A stretch of 32,000 bases of DNA from Raphidiopsis brookii D9 (GTDB lineage: Bacteria > Cyanobacteriota > Cyanobacteriia > Cyanobacteriales > Nostocaceae): positions 1 to 32,000 of the forward strand of contig ACYB01000029.1 of the NCBI GenBank assembly GCA_000175855.1. The letters are read 5' to 3'. The notes beneath the pieces were generated by a model. The model was not told the DNA's origin. It ran no database searches and saw only the letters and a program-made list of their open reading frames with translations. Shown one piece after another: positions 16,045-26,127 of the stretch. The position numbers and the translations under genes are program-made. Each line of letters opens with the position of its first letter. Within the stretch, counting starts at the first letter, position 1.

Positions 16045-16689
16045 ATGGAAAAACCAAAAGTGATTTTTTTGGATGCGGTAGGTACAATCTTTGGTGTTAA
16101 GGGTAGTGTGGGTGAGGTTTATAGCCAAATCGCTCTAGAATTTGGTGTCACGGTGGCTCCAGAAATTTTAAATCAGGAGTTTCACAAAAGTTTTGCAGCT
16201 GCACCACCTCCCATATTCCCCAATTGTGATGTGGAAGTTATACCTGACAAGGAATTTAACTGGTGGTACGATGTTGTTTTGAACACCTTTCAGGGTGCGG
16301 GAGTATGGAGGGAATTTAGGGATTTTTCTGATTTTTTTGGTGAACTCTATATTCATTTTAGTACTGCTGACCCTTGGTTTGTCTATCCCGATGTTCCCCT
16401 GGCCTTGGTCAATTGGTTGAGGTTGGGGGTAGAATTGGGAGTAGTTTCTAATTTCGACTCTCGCATATACTCGGTTTTACAAAGTCTAGGTCTTAAGGAC
16501 TATTTTAAGTCTATTACTGTTTCTACCCAAGCTCGCACGGCTAAGCCAGATCCTGAAATTTTTCATCTGGCTTTGAAAAGTCATAACTGCTCCCCGGAAT
16601 CAGCTTGGCATATTGGTGATAGTATTGTTGATGATTATCATGGTGCAAGAAGGGCTGGATTAAGAGGTATTTGGATTAATAGACACTAG
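16045..16689 (+). CDS. HAD-superfamily hydrolase (subfamily IA-like)
   Basis: Motif I VIFLDAVGTIF, motif II VVSNFD, and motif III/IV K...HIGDSIVDDYHGA. Confidence 0.85.
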   Translation: MEKPKVIFLDAVGTIFGVKGSVGEVYSQIALEFGVTVAPEILNQEFHKSFAAAPPPIFPNCDVEVIPDKEFNWWYDVVLNTFQGAGVWREFRDFSDFFGELYIHFSTADPWFVYPDVPLALVNWLRLGVELGVVSNFDSRIYSVLQSLGLKDYFKSITVSTQARTAKPDPEIFHLALKSHNCSPESAWHIGDSIVDDYHGARRAGLRGIWINRH

Positions 16690-16716
16690 TATGTACTACA
16701 GTAGAGTTACATACTA

Positions 16717-17796
16717 ATGAAAAAACTATTAGAAAAGTTAAATCAGTTATCAGTTTCCTTATCGGAGGGACAATTGAAATTTATAGCTTTATTCAAAACG
16801 CTTACTAAAGATTTTATGGGTAAAAGTGAGGACTGGGCAACCACCATAGCTCAAACCTTCACAGCTGGACAAAGCTATATATCTCTTGGCTTGCTAGTGA
16901 CAGGGATTGTGGCGATTGGCTTTGCTCCTATTTTTATCAGCTGGAGTAACAATGAAATTAGTCCTGCAGCAACTACTTTTAATCGTTTGTGGATCTCCAG
17001 TGCTTTTTTTGGCACTTGGAACCTGGTTTCTTTGATTCGTCGGCACAAATTAAGTTCGGATCCTTCTCTAATTAATAATTTATATACATTACCAACTTGG
17101 GGCTTGTTTTTTCTAGTTGGTATTATATTTGCAGCAAGACAGCTATTTTGGGCTGAGTCACTAATCCATACTAGTGTGGCCAGTTCGGTGGTAATTATTT
17201 ACGCACTATCACCACTATTAACTGCTATGGGGGGATGGATTTTCTTTCGTCATCGCGTCAAGCAACAATTTGTAGTTGGCACAATTATTTCTATTACCGG
17301 TGCGATCGCTATCAGTTTCCAAGATTTTTCTGTCTCTACCAATGAGTTGCAAGGAGATTTCTTCTCCTTAATATCGGCAATTTTGCTGCCATTTTATTTA
17401 CTACTAATGGAAAAGCTCCTAACCCAGTTTGAAACTAAAACCCTGGTATTCTGGTATTGCACTATTGGCGCACTAACCACCTTACCCATTTTACTGGTAA
17501 CAGAAAACACCCTATTCCCCCTTTCTTGGCAAGGATGGTTTTCTGTAATTTCCCTAGCTTTAATTTGTCAGGTCATAGGGCAAGGACTAATTGCCTATTC
17601 TCTCAATTCCTTACCATCATCCATTGTAGCAGTAACAATGCTGCTTGATCCGGTAATTAGCATGGTTTTTGCCTGGTTAGTGTTGGGTGAGCAAGTTGGT
17701 TTTATCAAAGGTATAGCTTGTTTGATTGTTCTTATTGGCATATATTTAGCCATGATAGGTCAATATGCACCGCTGAATGAGTCACCTTTGACCTAA
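16717..17796 (+). CDS. DMT-superfamily (EamA-type) transporter
   Basis: 359 aa with about ten hydrophobic helices in two halves, the architecture typical of EamA transporters. Confidence 0.75.
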   Translation: MKKLLEKLNQLSVSLSEGQLKFIALFKTLTKDFMGKSEDWATTIAQTFTAGQSYISLGLLVTGIVAIGFAPIFISWSNNEISPAATTFNRLWISSAFFGTWNLVSLIRRHKLSSDPSLINNLYTLPTWGLFFLVGIIFAARQLFWAESLIHTSVASSVVIIYALSPLLTAMGGWIFFRHRVKQQFVVGTIISITGAIAISFQDFSVSTNELQGDFFSLISAILLPFYLLLMEKLLTQFETKTLVFWYCTIGALTTLPILLVTENTLFPLSWQGWFSVISLALICQVIGQGLIAYSLNSLPSSIVAVTMLLDPVISMVFAWLVLGEQVGFIKGIACLIVLIGIYLAMIGQYAPLNESPLT

Positions 17797-17899
17797 ATTT
17801 TCCTATGATATTGGTGGTAATAGATCAAAGTCTAAACAAGACTCTTGACTCCTGCAATTATCCCATATCAATCATTATCTACTGTTTGTTGTTGAACCT

Positions 17900-18712
17900 A
17901 TGAAGTCTTATTTAGCCGCCGCCATTCAAATGACCAGTGTGCCTGATTTACAAACAAACTTGGCACAAGCAGAAGAGTTTATTGATCTGGCCGTGCGCCA
18001 GGGTGTAGAATTATTGGGGTTACCAGAAAATTTCTCCTTTATGGGGGAGGAAAAAGATAAACTTGCTCAAGCCAGTATTATTGCTCAAAAAACCGAAGCG
18101 TTTCTGAAGCAAATGGCACAACGGTATCAAATTACCATTCTGGGCGGCGGCTTCCCCGTTCCCGTAGATAGTACAAGCAAAGTTTACAACACAGCTTTGC
18201 TGGTTGATCCCAATGGACAGGAAATCAGTCGTTACCATAAGGTACATCTATTTGATGTGAATGTTCCCGATGGTAATACTTATCAAGAATCTAGTACTGT
18301 TATGGCCGGTCAAGAATTACCACCAGTGTATGTTTCACCAACTTTGGGTAAGATAGGTCTCTCTATTTGTTATGATGTCCGCTTTCCAGAATTATATCGA
18401 GATCTGGCAGCGAGGGAAGCTGATGTAGTTTTTATTCCTGCTGCTTTCACGGCTTTTACGGGAAAAGACCACTGGCAAGTGTTATTACAGGCCAGAGCGA
18501 TTGAAAACACTTATTACATAATCGCCCCAGCTCAAACAGGTACTAATTATGCCCGTCGTCAAACCCATGGACATGCCATGATTGTTGACCCATGGGGAAC
18601 AATTTTAGCTGATGCAGGAGATAAACCGGGGGTCGCTATTGCCGAAATTAAACCTACTAGACTGGAACAGGTGCGTCGTCAAATGCCTTCTTTACAACAC
18701 CGAGTTTTTTAA
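17900..18712 (+). CDS. Carbon-nitrogen hydrolase (nitrilase superfamily, Nit/omega-amidase-like)
   Basis: Catalytic E-K-C contexts LGLPENF, YHKVHLFD and GLSICYDVRFPE. Confidence 0.9.
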   Translation: MKSYLAAAIQMTSVPDLQTNLAQAEEFIDLAVRQGVELLGLPENFSFMGEEKDKLAQASIIAQKTEAFLKQMAQRYQITILGGGFPVPVDSTSKVYNTALLVDPNGQEISRYHKVHLFDVNVPDGNTYQESSTVMAGQELPPVYVSPTLGKIGLSICYDVRFPELYRDLAAREADVVFIPAAFTAFTGKDHWQVLLQARAIENTYYIIAPAQTGTNYARRQTHGHAMIVDPWGTILADAGDKPGVAIAEIKPTRLEQVRRQMPSLQHRVF

Positions 18713-18739
18713 GCAGGAATTTAGAAACCTACCAGGAAG

Positions 18740-18763
18740 AAACCGGGATTAACACCCCGGTTT
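18740..18763. terminator. Hairpin between convergent genes, a candidate bidirectional terminator
   Basis: AAACCGGG (18740-18747) pairs with CCCGGTTT (18756-18763) around an 8-nt loop. It lies between the nitrilase-family stop (18712) and the fba stop (18812). Confidence 0.5.
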
Positions 18764-18811
18764 GGTCGAGTTGGGGTCTAGGTGTAACCTATCTCCAATA
18801 AGCTTGTTTAA

Positions 18812-19885
18812 TTAAACTGCAGCAGCAGCTTTCACAGCTAATTCCCCTTTAGCGTACTTAGCAGCAAAATCTTCTAGGCTAACTTGTTTGATTTTGCTTG
18901 CATTACCAGCAGTGCCAAACTGTTCATAACGGTCAGAACAAACCTTCTGCATGTACTTAATAGAAGGCTTTAAGAAATGACGGGGGTCAAATTCTTTGGG
19001 ATTTTTAGCCAGAGCTTCACGAACAGCAGCAGTAATAGCCAGACGGTTGTCGGTATCGATATTAACTTTACGTACGCCGCTCTTGATGCCTTTTTGAATT
19101 TCTTCTACGGGTACACCATAGGTTTCGGGAATTGCACCACCAAATTCGTTAATCAGTGCAATTAAATCCTCTGGTACGGAAGAAGATCCGTGCATTACCA
19201 AGTGGGTGTTAGGTAGGCGACGGTGAATTTCTTCAATGCGACTAATGGCTAAAATTTCACCAGTGGGCTTACGGGTGAATTTATAAGCACCATGGCTAGT
19301 ACCAATAGCAACAGCTAAAGCATCTACTTGGGTAGCTTCTACGAAGTCCACAGCTTGATCCGGGTCGGTTAATAATTGGGAGTGGTCAAGGGTACCTTCA
19401 AAACCGTGACCATCTTCTGCTTCACCAGCACCGGTTTCTAAAGATCCTAAACAACCTAGTTCACCTTCAACGCTGACACCTAAAGAATGGGCAACGTTAA
19501 CAACTTCACGGGTAACTGCGACGTTGTACTCAAAGCTGGCAGGAGTTTTTGCATCAGCTTCTAAGGAACCATCCATCATTACACTGGTGAAATTGTTCTT
19601 GATGGCAGAATAGCAAGTAGAAGGAGCATTACCGTGATCTTGGTGCATCACAATGGGAATTTGTGGGTATGTTTCTACTGCAGCCAAAATCAAGTGGCGT
19701 AAGAAATTTTCGCCAGCATAGTTACGAGCACCACGAGAGGCTTGTAAAATCACGGGGCTATCTGTTTCAGCAGCCGCCTTCATGATTGATTGAATCTGTT
19801 CTAAGTTGTTAACGTTAAAAGCGGGAATGCCATAACCATTTTCAGCAGCGTGATCTAAAAGCAACCGCATAGGTACAAGCGCCAT
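18812..19885 (-). CDS. fba: Class II fructose-1,6-bisphosphate aldolase
   Basis: [27 protein letters not shown]..., [23 protein letters not shown], and a strong SD (AGGAGG) upstream. Confidence 0.95.
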   Translation of the reverse strand: MALVPMRLLLDHAAENGYGIPAFNVNNLEQIQSIMKAAAETDSPVILQASRGARNYAGENFLRHLILAAVETYPQIPIVMHQDHGNAPSTCYSAIKNNFTSVMMDGSLEADAKTPASFEYNVAVTREVVNVAHSLGVSVEGELGCLGSLETGAGEAEDGHGFEGTLDHSQLLTDPDQAVDFVEATQVDALAVAIGTSHGAYKFTRKPTGEILAISRIEEIHRRLPNTHLVMHGSSSVPEDLIALINEFGGAIPETYGVPVEEIQKGIKSGVRKVNIDTDNRLAITAAVREALAKNPKEFDPRHFLKPSIKYMQKVCSDRYEQFGTAGNASKIKQVSLEDFAAKYAKGELAVKAAAAV

Positions 19886-20170
19886 AGATAATCCTCCTAA
19901 TGTGTTTTTCAGCTGGGTAGTTTCAGACGGGCGTAAGGTTTACGCTAAATAGGAATTAGTTTTTTCAACTTATTAGGAAATTATATCTAGTATGGGGTGT
20001 TTATGTTGAAAAACTTTGCGCCCCACTACCTGTTATTCTGTTATTTTTCAGTGTATCTTGTGTTTTATATTTACTGTTGTTACTCCTAATACTGTCAATG
20101 GCAGTTATTTCAGTATCCAAAAATACAAAAATCTGGTTTTTGGGATGTAGATTGCTCTTTTTGCAGCAAA

Positions 20171-21904
20171 CTAACTCTGACTAAATTGTTGCGCATAAAA
20201 ATGTGCATATTTACCTTCTAGGGACAATAATTGTTCATGGTTCCCTGATTCCACAATTTGCCCTTTTTCTAGGACTAAAATGCGATCGCATTTTCTTACT
20301 GTTGACAATCTATGAGCAATAATTAATACAGTACGATTTTGCATCAATCTTTCTAAAGCTTGCTGTACGAGAGCTTCGGACTCGGAATCTAAAGCCGAGG
20401 TTGCCTCATCAAGTATCAAAATTTTTGGGTCCAATAGCACTGCACGGGCGATGGCAATTCTTTGTCGTTGTCCCCCGGATAGGTTGACACCACGTTCACC
20501 CACCCAAGTTTGATAACCTGCTGGTAATTGCATAATAAAGTCATGGGCATTAGCCACCTGGGCGGCTGCTTCTACTGCTTTTTGGTCAAAGTTGTCTTGT
20601 CCAAAAGCAATGTTTTGAGCTATAGTTCCTGAAAACATAATTGTTTCTTGCGGAACAATACCAATTTGCTTTCTTAAACTATTTAATGTCACATCACGAA
20701 TGTTGACATCATCTATAAAGATATTACCTGGGTTAGGATCGTAAAATCTGGGGAGTAAATTGACGAAAGTGGTTTTACCAGCACCAGAAGCACCGACTAA
20801 GGCAATGGCCTCCCCAGGACTAAGGAACAGATTAATCCGGTTTAATACCAGCTCGCCTGGTTTATAAGCAAAACTGACATCACGATATTCAATCTTACCA
20901 TTAATGTTAGGAAGAGTCATAGCAATGGGATTTTCTATGACTGTTGGTTTAATTAATAAGAGTTCAAATACCCGCTCTAAAGAAGCTTCACCCTGTTTGA
21001 ATTCATTATAGTTATGGGTAGTATGACCAATAGGATCAATTAGTAAAGCTGCTGCTGCTAAATAACTAAAAAACTCACCCACAGTCAGATTACCCTGGGA
21101 AATTTGCCATGCTCCCACCATGATTAGAGATAAAGCACTCAGAGCTTCTAGAAATCCCACAATGGGAATTTGAATGGCCTTTAGTCTTTCTGCGGAATAT
21201 TTGGCCTTGAGGGTTCTTTGAGCTTCGCGAGTGAATCTGGCAATTTCATACTTTTCTGCTGCAAAGGCTTGAATTAAGCGAATACCACTAAAAACCTCTG
21301 TTAAAATGGCAGATAGGTCAGAAATGCGACTTTGACTTTTGAGAGCATATTTACGTAAACGCTCCCCAAACCAACCAATTAAAACCCCCATAACTGGTGC
21401 TATTATCACCGTAGCTAAAGTCAACTGCCAATTTAAATAAATCATGTAGATGGGAATAGCAATCAGTTGTAAAACACAGGGGATAAAATCATGAAACAAC
21501 TTATTCACAACCTCACCTACCCTATCTACATCTTCTGTTAAGCGATAAGACAAATCCCCAGCTTTTGCTGTTTCAAAATAACTTAAATTCAGTTTTTGTA
21601 AGTGTGTGTAGACATTTTGTCTAAGATGAAAGGCTACTCTCAAAGCAGCCTTGGACATATATAAGTCTTGAATAGACTGAAAAAAGCCCCGGATAAGAAA
21701 TACCAAAGCACATACACCCGTTAACTGGGCGATCGCCACCACATTACCCTCTCCAAAAGGTAGAGCCAACTTACCAGCTAAATGAATCAAGGTTAAAGTG
21801 GCGAAAACGTACCCTATAATGCCAATAAATCCTCTAGAGATAGTTGGCCACTGTTGCTGGAGATAGGGTAGAAGTAAACGATATTGGGAAAGTTCTTGGG
21901 TCAT
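20171..21904 (-). CDS. ABC exporter, fused permease-ATPase (MsbA-like)
   Basis: N-terminal six-helix TMD. Walker A GASGAGKTT, signature LSGGQRQR, Walker B ILILDEATSALD. ATG at 21904 is preferred to the TTG at 21925. Confidence 0.9.
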   Translation of the reverse strand: MTQELSQYRLLLPYLQQQWPTISRGFIGIIGYVFATLTLIHLAGKLALPFGEGNVVAIAQLTGVCALVFLIRGFFQSIQDLYMSKAALRVAFHLRQNVYTHLQKLNLSYFETAKAGDLSYRLTEDVDRVGEVVNKLFHDFIPCVLQLIAIPIYMIYLNWQLTLATVIIAPVMGVLIGWFGERLRKYALKSQSRISDLSAILTEVFSGIRLIQAFAAEKYEIARFTREAQRTLKAKYSAERLKAIQIPIVGFLEALSALSLIMVGAWQISQGNLTVGEFFSYLAAAALLIDPIGHTTHNYNEFKQGEASLERVFELLLIKPTVIENPIAMTLPNINGKIEYRDVSFAYKPGELVLNRINLFLSPGEAIALVGASGAGKTTFVNLLPRFYDPNPGNIFIDDVNIRDVTLNSLRKQIGIVPQETIMFSGTIAQNIAFGQDNFDQKAVEAAAQVANAHDFIMQLPAGYQTWVGERGVNLSGGQRQRIAIARAVLLDPKILILDEATSALDSESEALVQQALERLMQNRTVLIIAHRLSTVRKCDRILVLEKGQIVESGNHEQLLSLEGKYAHFYAQQFSQS

Positions 21905-21940
21905 GTTTGGTAAGTCAAAGGTCAACCATTAATCATCAAA

Positions 21941-22723
21941 ATGCAAAGATATCTAAAAGTCATCAGATTATTTTGGAGTGCAGCTATTGCTGCTGAAATG
22001 GAATATCGTTTAAATTTCATCATAGCCGCCCTCAGTAGCTTGGGGAATCTTTTGGGGGGGATTTTTGGGTTGTTTTTATTTTATCGTACGGGTTACACCT
22101 TTAGCGGATGGTCATGGGATTCAGCCTTGGTTGTTTTGGGGGTTTTTACTCTCTTGCAGGGTTTCTGGGCTACCTTTTTAGCTCCTAACTTAAACCGGAT
22201 TGTGCGTCATGTGCAAGAAGGTACATTAGATTTTGTTTTATTAAAACCCATCCGTAGTCAGTTTTGGTTGTCAACCCATATTCTTTCCCTCTGGGGACTA
22301 CCGGATCTACTATTTGGTTTGATCATCATTGGTTATGCGGGTAAAAATCTGGGTTTGGGACTAGATGACTATTTTTGGGGTATATTACCTCTCGGTTGTA
22401 GTCTAGTCATTCTCTATAGTTTATGGTTCATGTTAGGATCAACCAGCATTTGGTTTACAAAGGTTTATAATACCACGGAGGTGTTACGGGGACTACTGGA
22501 GGCGGGTAGATATCCCATGTCCGCATATCCCATGGGCTATCGAGTTTTTTTTACTTTTGTAGTTCCAGTATCTTTTCTGACTACCGTTCCCGCTCAAGCC
22601 ATGTTAGGTCAAATCCAGGTCAGTTGGCTAATAAGTGCTGTTTTTTTGGCCATGTTTTTATTTTTTCTTTCCACTTGGTTTTGGCGATTTGCCCTAAGAT
22701 TCTATACTAGTGCTTCCAGTTAA
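21941..22723 (+). CDS. ABC-2 type transporter permease (DUF990-like)
   Basis: 260-aa polytopic membrane protein. The N-terminus ...AEMEYRLNF... resembles the ABC-2 family permeases I recall. No adjacent ATPase lies on the same strand. Confidence 0.65.
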   Translation: MQRYLKVIRLFWSAAIAAEMEYRLNFIIAALSSLGNLLGGIFGLFLFYRTGYTFSGWSWDSALVVLGVFTLLQGFWATFLAPNLNRIVRHVQEGTLDFVLLKPIRSQFWLSTHILSLWGLPDLLFGLIIIGYAGKNLGLGLDDYFWGILPLGCSLVILYSLWFMLGSTSIWFTKVYNTTEVLRGLLEAGRYPMSAYPMGYRVFFTFVVPVSFLTTVPAQAMLGQIQVSWLISAVFLAMFLFFLSTWFWRFALRFYTSASS

Positions 22724-22773
22724 CAAGGAGTTATTATTAATAACATTAATAGCACCAAAAATATGCGGAGAAA

Positions 22774-22792
22774 CCCCGTGTTTCAATCGGGG
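22774..22792 (-). terminator. Candidate rpaA terminator hairpin
   Basis: CCCCG (22774-22778) pairs with CGGGG (22788-22792). On the minus strand it sits 29 nt after the rpaA stop and is followed by TTTCTCCGCATATTTTT. Confidence 0.45.
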
Positions 22793-22820
22793 AATCAAGA
22801 AAGCTCAATCCCTGGTCAAA

Positions 22821-23564
22821 TCATTCTACCAGTGTCATGTTACTTGCTTCACCAGATGGAGGTACAGCAGGTAACTCCAAACAATAACCTGCACCGTAAA
22901 CCGTCTTAATATAACGAGGACGACGAGGATCAGGTTCAAGTTTAGTTCTGAGATGGCGAATGTGAACGCGAATGGTTTCAATATCATCATCAGGGTCATA
23001 ACCCCAAACTTCTCTCAGGATTTCACTGGGAGAAACAGTCTGACCATGACGTTGAAGTAAACAGTGAAGTAACTCAAATTCCAGATGAGTCAGTTTCACG
23101 GTTTCATGGAACCAGATAGCTTCAAACCTTTCTGGGACTAGAGTCAAGGACCCATAATTGAGAATTTCACTGTGCTTGGCAGCTTGGGGTATACGATCCG
23201 CTCGCCGCAACAAAGCTCTGACTCGGGCTAACATCTCCTCCACTTCAAAAGGTTTTGTTAGATAGTCATCCGCACCGGCGTTGAATCCCTCTACTTTGTA
23301 TTGGGTTTGGTTTAAAGCAGTCAACATTAAGACGGGAATTTCAGCAGTACGCTCATCCCGACGCAGTCTTTGGCAAATGGTAAATCCATCTACTCTTGGC
23401 AACATCAGGTCAAGTAAAATCAAGTCGGGTTGTAGTTGCAGAGCCAGCGCCTGACCTTTAATACCGTCTTCAGCTTGACTAACATCGTAGCCAGCCATTT
23501 CTAAGTTGACGGCAACAAGTTCTGAAATCGCTGGGTCATCGTCTATGACAAGAATCCTGGGCAT
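22821..23564 (-). CDS. rpaA: OmpR-family response regulator RpaA (circadian/redox output regulator)
   Basis: [34 protein letters not shown]...[15 protein letters not shown]...[30 protein letters not shown]...[16 protein letters not shown]...[32 protein letters not shown] is near-identical in pattern to the RpaA sequences I recall. Confidence 0.85.
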   Translation of the reverse strand: MPRILVIDDDPAISELVAVNLEMAGYDVSQAEDGIKGQALALQLQPDLILLDLMLPRVDGFTICQRLRRDERTAEIPVLMLTALNQTQYKVEGFNAGADDYLTKPFEVEEMLARVRALLRRADRIPQAAKHSEILNYGSLTLVPERFEAIWFHETVKLTHLEFELLHCLLQRHGQTVSPSEILREVWGYDPDDDIETIRVHIRHLRTKLEPDPRRPRYIKTVYGAGYCLELPAVPPSGEASNMTLVE

Positions 23565-23788
23565 TATTAAAAAATTATGACTACCTTATATTTAACGATA
23601 AATTAAGAATCTTTGATATATACAAAGATTACTTTTCCGATGGACAAGAACATTTAAAATTGAACATAAGGACTAAAAGGACTTAGGTTCACAATTAAAG
23701 ACATGAAAATAATATCAGTTTACTTACATTTGTAAAATCTAGGTTATAAAATTTTAGGATATTGGAAGAAAACCCCTAGGAACTGGAA

Positions 23789-24517
23789 TTGGTTGTGAAT
23801 CAGTCTATTGTTTGGCAACGGGCACCTGAAAATTTCCAGTTGTGCGCTCAGGAAGTACATATCTGGAAGATTAACCTGAAAGTATCACCATCAGAGGTGG
23901 AACTTTGTCGCAGGATTTTATCTGGTGATGAAATAGCTCGTGCGGAAAGATTTTCTTTTCCGGAACATCAAGAGCGTTTTATTGTTGGTCGTGCCTTTCT
24001 TAGAAAAATACTATCAAGATATTTAAACGTAGAAGCACAAGCAATAGAGTTTGAGTATGAAGAGAGAGGAAAACCACTGTTAGGGTTCAAGTTTAAGTAC
24101 TCTGGAATATGTTTTAATTTATCCCATTCTCAGGAATTAGCTTTATGCGGTGTGACTCATCACAGATCCATTGGAGTAGATTTAGAAGTTGTTCGTCACA
24201 CATCAGATATAGAAAACCTAGCTAATCGCTTTTTTTCAGTTAGAGAATATGGAGTAATTAAATCAGTACCCCCGGAACAACAACAGCAGGTATTTTTCCG
24301 TTATTGGACTTGTAAAGAGGCTTATTTAAAAGCTATTGGAAAAGGTTTGTCTGAGTTATCTCAAATAGAAATAGAATTAACGCCAAATAAATCTGCTAGG
24401 TTGCGTGTATTGGGAGATTGGCAGTTAAAAGAACTAGTACCAGCAGATAATTTTGCAGCAGCAGTTGTTATAGCTAGCCATAATCATTTAGACAGGTTTG
24501 AGTTTTGGGAACCTTAA
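23789..24517 (+). CDS. Sfp/HetI-type 4'-phosphopantetheinyl transferase
   Basis: RFIVGRAFLR, ERGKPLL, FNLSHSQELALCGV, IGVDLE and FFRYWTCKEAYLKAIGKGL motifs. TTG start. Confidence 0.85.
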   Translation: MVVNQSIVWQRAPENFQLCAQEVHIWKINLKVSPSEVELCRRILSGDEIARAERFSFPEHQERFIVGRAFLRKILSRYLNVEAQAIEFEYEERGKPLLGFKFKYSGICFNLSHSQELALCGVTHHRSIGVDLEVVRHTSDIENLANRFFSVREYGVIKSVPPEQQQQVFFRYWTCKEAYLKAIGKGLSELSQIEIELTPNKSARLRVLGDWQLKELVPADNFAAAVVIASHNHLDRFEFWEP

Positions 24518-24735
24518 GGAAAGAGGGGAGTTAGGTTTAGAAATGGTAAGGAATTTTTGAACCGATAGAGTGATTGTTGAAGAAAGTATCTGGGGAAAAG
24601 ATTTTCGTTTGTTGTGTGTGAATGGTAAATTAATTATTACCAGACAAAAACAAAATGTTTTTGTTCGACATAAGGGGGTAGTCCAACATTTGATTGTCAG
24701 ATCAGATGTGGAGAATTTCACAATTTATTTTGATG

Positions 24736-25980
24736 TCACTTCACATCTGTTACCCGCCAACTTAATTTTAAATTAAACCAAAAATTCCAAATTGTTGTCA
24801 CCCCAATTGCTATAAGGTTTGCAATATAATGATTGGAAATTAAAAAGTGGACAACAAACTTTAAGATCAATACATTTATTATTAAGCCCACCAAACAAAT
24901 CAAGTTGAATTTATAAAATCTCTTTATCCGCTGTTTCCAACTCCGTTGTCGCATAGAAATATCCCCAAACGTCCATGCATCATTCCACAGGAAATTATTA
25001 AAAATTGCCAGCTCCCCAGCTAGGATTTTGCTACCAACTAGGGGGAAAGCCAAAGCATCACTCAACAAGTAAAGCACAGCCATATCTACAAACACACCAC
25101 TGAGTCCCACTAAACCAAATCGCATAAATCTACTTAAGGGAAAGGTAATTTTCAAGTTAAAGTTTTGACTAATTTTTCCTAATCTTCCCGTAGATAAGCG
25201 TAGGCGTATTAAGTGTCGAATGTATTCTAGATATTGCTTCCAAGTTACTTTACTTTCCCCCTCCTCCCGTTCACAGAATACATAACCAACTTCCCCAATT
25301 TCCTTGATATTTCCCCTTGCAATTACTTCTAAGATAATTTTATAGCCTATGGGATTCATTTCTACTCCAGCGATCGCATTTCGACGTACCATAAAATAAC
25401 CACTCATGGGGTCACTAACTTTACCTAGGATATGTGGTAGGATAACCAACCCTAAAATTTGGGCTCCACGGGATAGAAATCGTCTGATTAGGTTCCAGCT
25501 ACTAACACCACCACCATCCACATGACGACTGGCCACGGCTAAATCAGCACCCCTTTTGATTTGGGATAACAGTTGTAATAGTATCTCTGGAGGGTGCTGT
25601 AAATCCCCATCTATTACTCCCAAAACTTGCCCTTTGGCAGCTTGCCAACCTCTAATTACTGCTGAGGACAAACCTCTTTCCTGTTGACGACGCATCACTC
25701 GCAATTGCGGATATTCTGGAATTAATGATTCTGCTACTTGCCATGTCAAGTCAGGACTATTATCGTCAACTACTATTAGTTCGTAGTTATTGGGAATACT
25801 CTCCTCTAGTATGTTGCTGATTATATTAATCATTTTATGAATGTTTTCTCGCTCTTGATAGGTGGGAATTACCAAGGATAAGAGCACAACATCATCATTA
25901 TTATCCCACCCCAACTCCAAAGCTGGATATTCAGCAATTTTTAAAGGACCCGTGGGGGTACTTAGCTTTGATTTTTCCAC
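24736..25980 (-). CDS. Family 2 glycosyltransferase (polyprenol-phosphate sugar synthase-like) fused to a C-terminal GtrA-like membrane domain
   Basis: LSLVIPTYQEREN, LIVVDDNSPD and DGDLQHPP (the DXD region), followed by four hydrophobic helices (RFGLVGLSGVFVD...) typical of GtrA. GTG start. Confidence 0.85.
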   Translation of the reverse strand: MEKSKLSTPTGPLKIAEYPALELGWDNNDDVVLLSLVIPTYQERENIHKMINIISNILEESIPNNYELIVVDDNSPDLTWQVAESLIPEYPQLRVMRRQQERGLSSAVIRGWQAAKGQVLGVIDGDLQHPPEILLQLLSQIKRGADLAVASRHVDGGGVSSWNLIRRFLSRGAQILGLVILPHILGKVSDPMSGYFMVRRNAIAGVEMNPIGYKIILEVIARGNIKEIGEVGYVFCEREEGESKVTWKQYLEYIRHLIRLRLSTGRLGKISQNFNLKITFPLSRFMRFGLVGLSGVFVDMAVLYLLSDALAFPLVGSKILAGELAIFNNFLWNDAWTFGDISMRQRSWKQRIKRFYKFNLICLVGLIINVLILKFVVHFLISNHYIANLIAIGVTTIWNFWFNLKLSWRVTDVK

Positions 25981-26127
25981 AAGTTACAGCAGTTTTCATG
26001 ACTTTGACGCTGGAACATCATACCGCAAATATATAAGATATAAAATCGGCTTTTAATGTTAAATTAGGTTAACTACCGTTAATTTTTGTTTTCTCGCTTA
26101 TTTACTTATTGACACACTACTAAACCA

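Noticed and set aside
16688-16715. AT-rich hairpin (AGTATGTA...TACATACT) between the HAD and DMT genes, also screened as an NtcA GTA-N8-TAC site
   Set aside because: The stem is weak (8 bp, mostly A/T) and the spacing does not fit the NtcA consensus. I found no GTA-N8-TAC site in any of the larger intergenic regions I checked.
22774-22815. GTTTCAATC...-type sequence reminiscent of a cyanobacterial CRISPR repeat
   Set aside because: Only a single copy is present, with no spacer-repeat periodicity anywhere in the window. It is better explained as the rpaA terminator hairpin.
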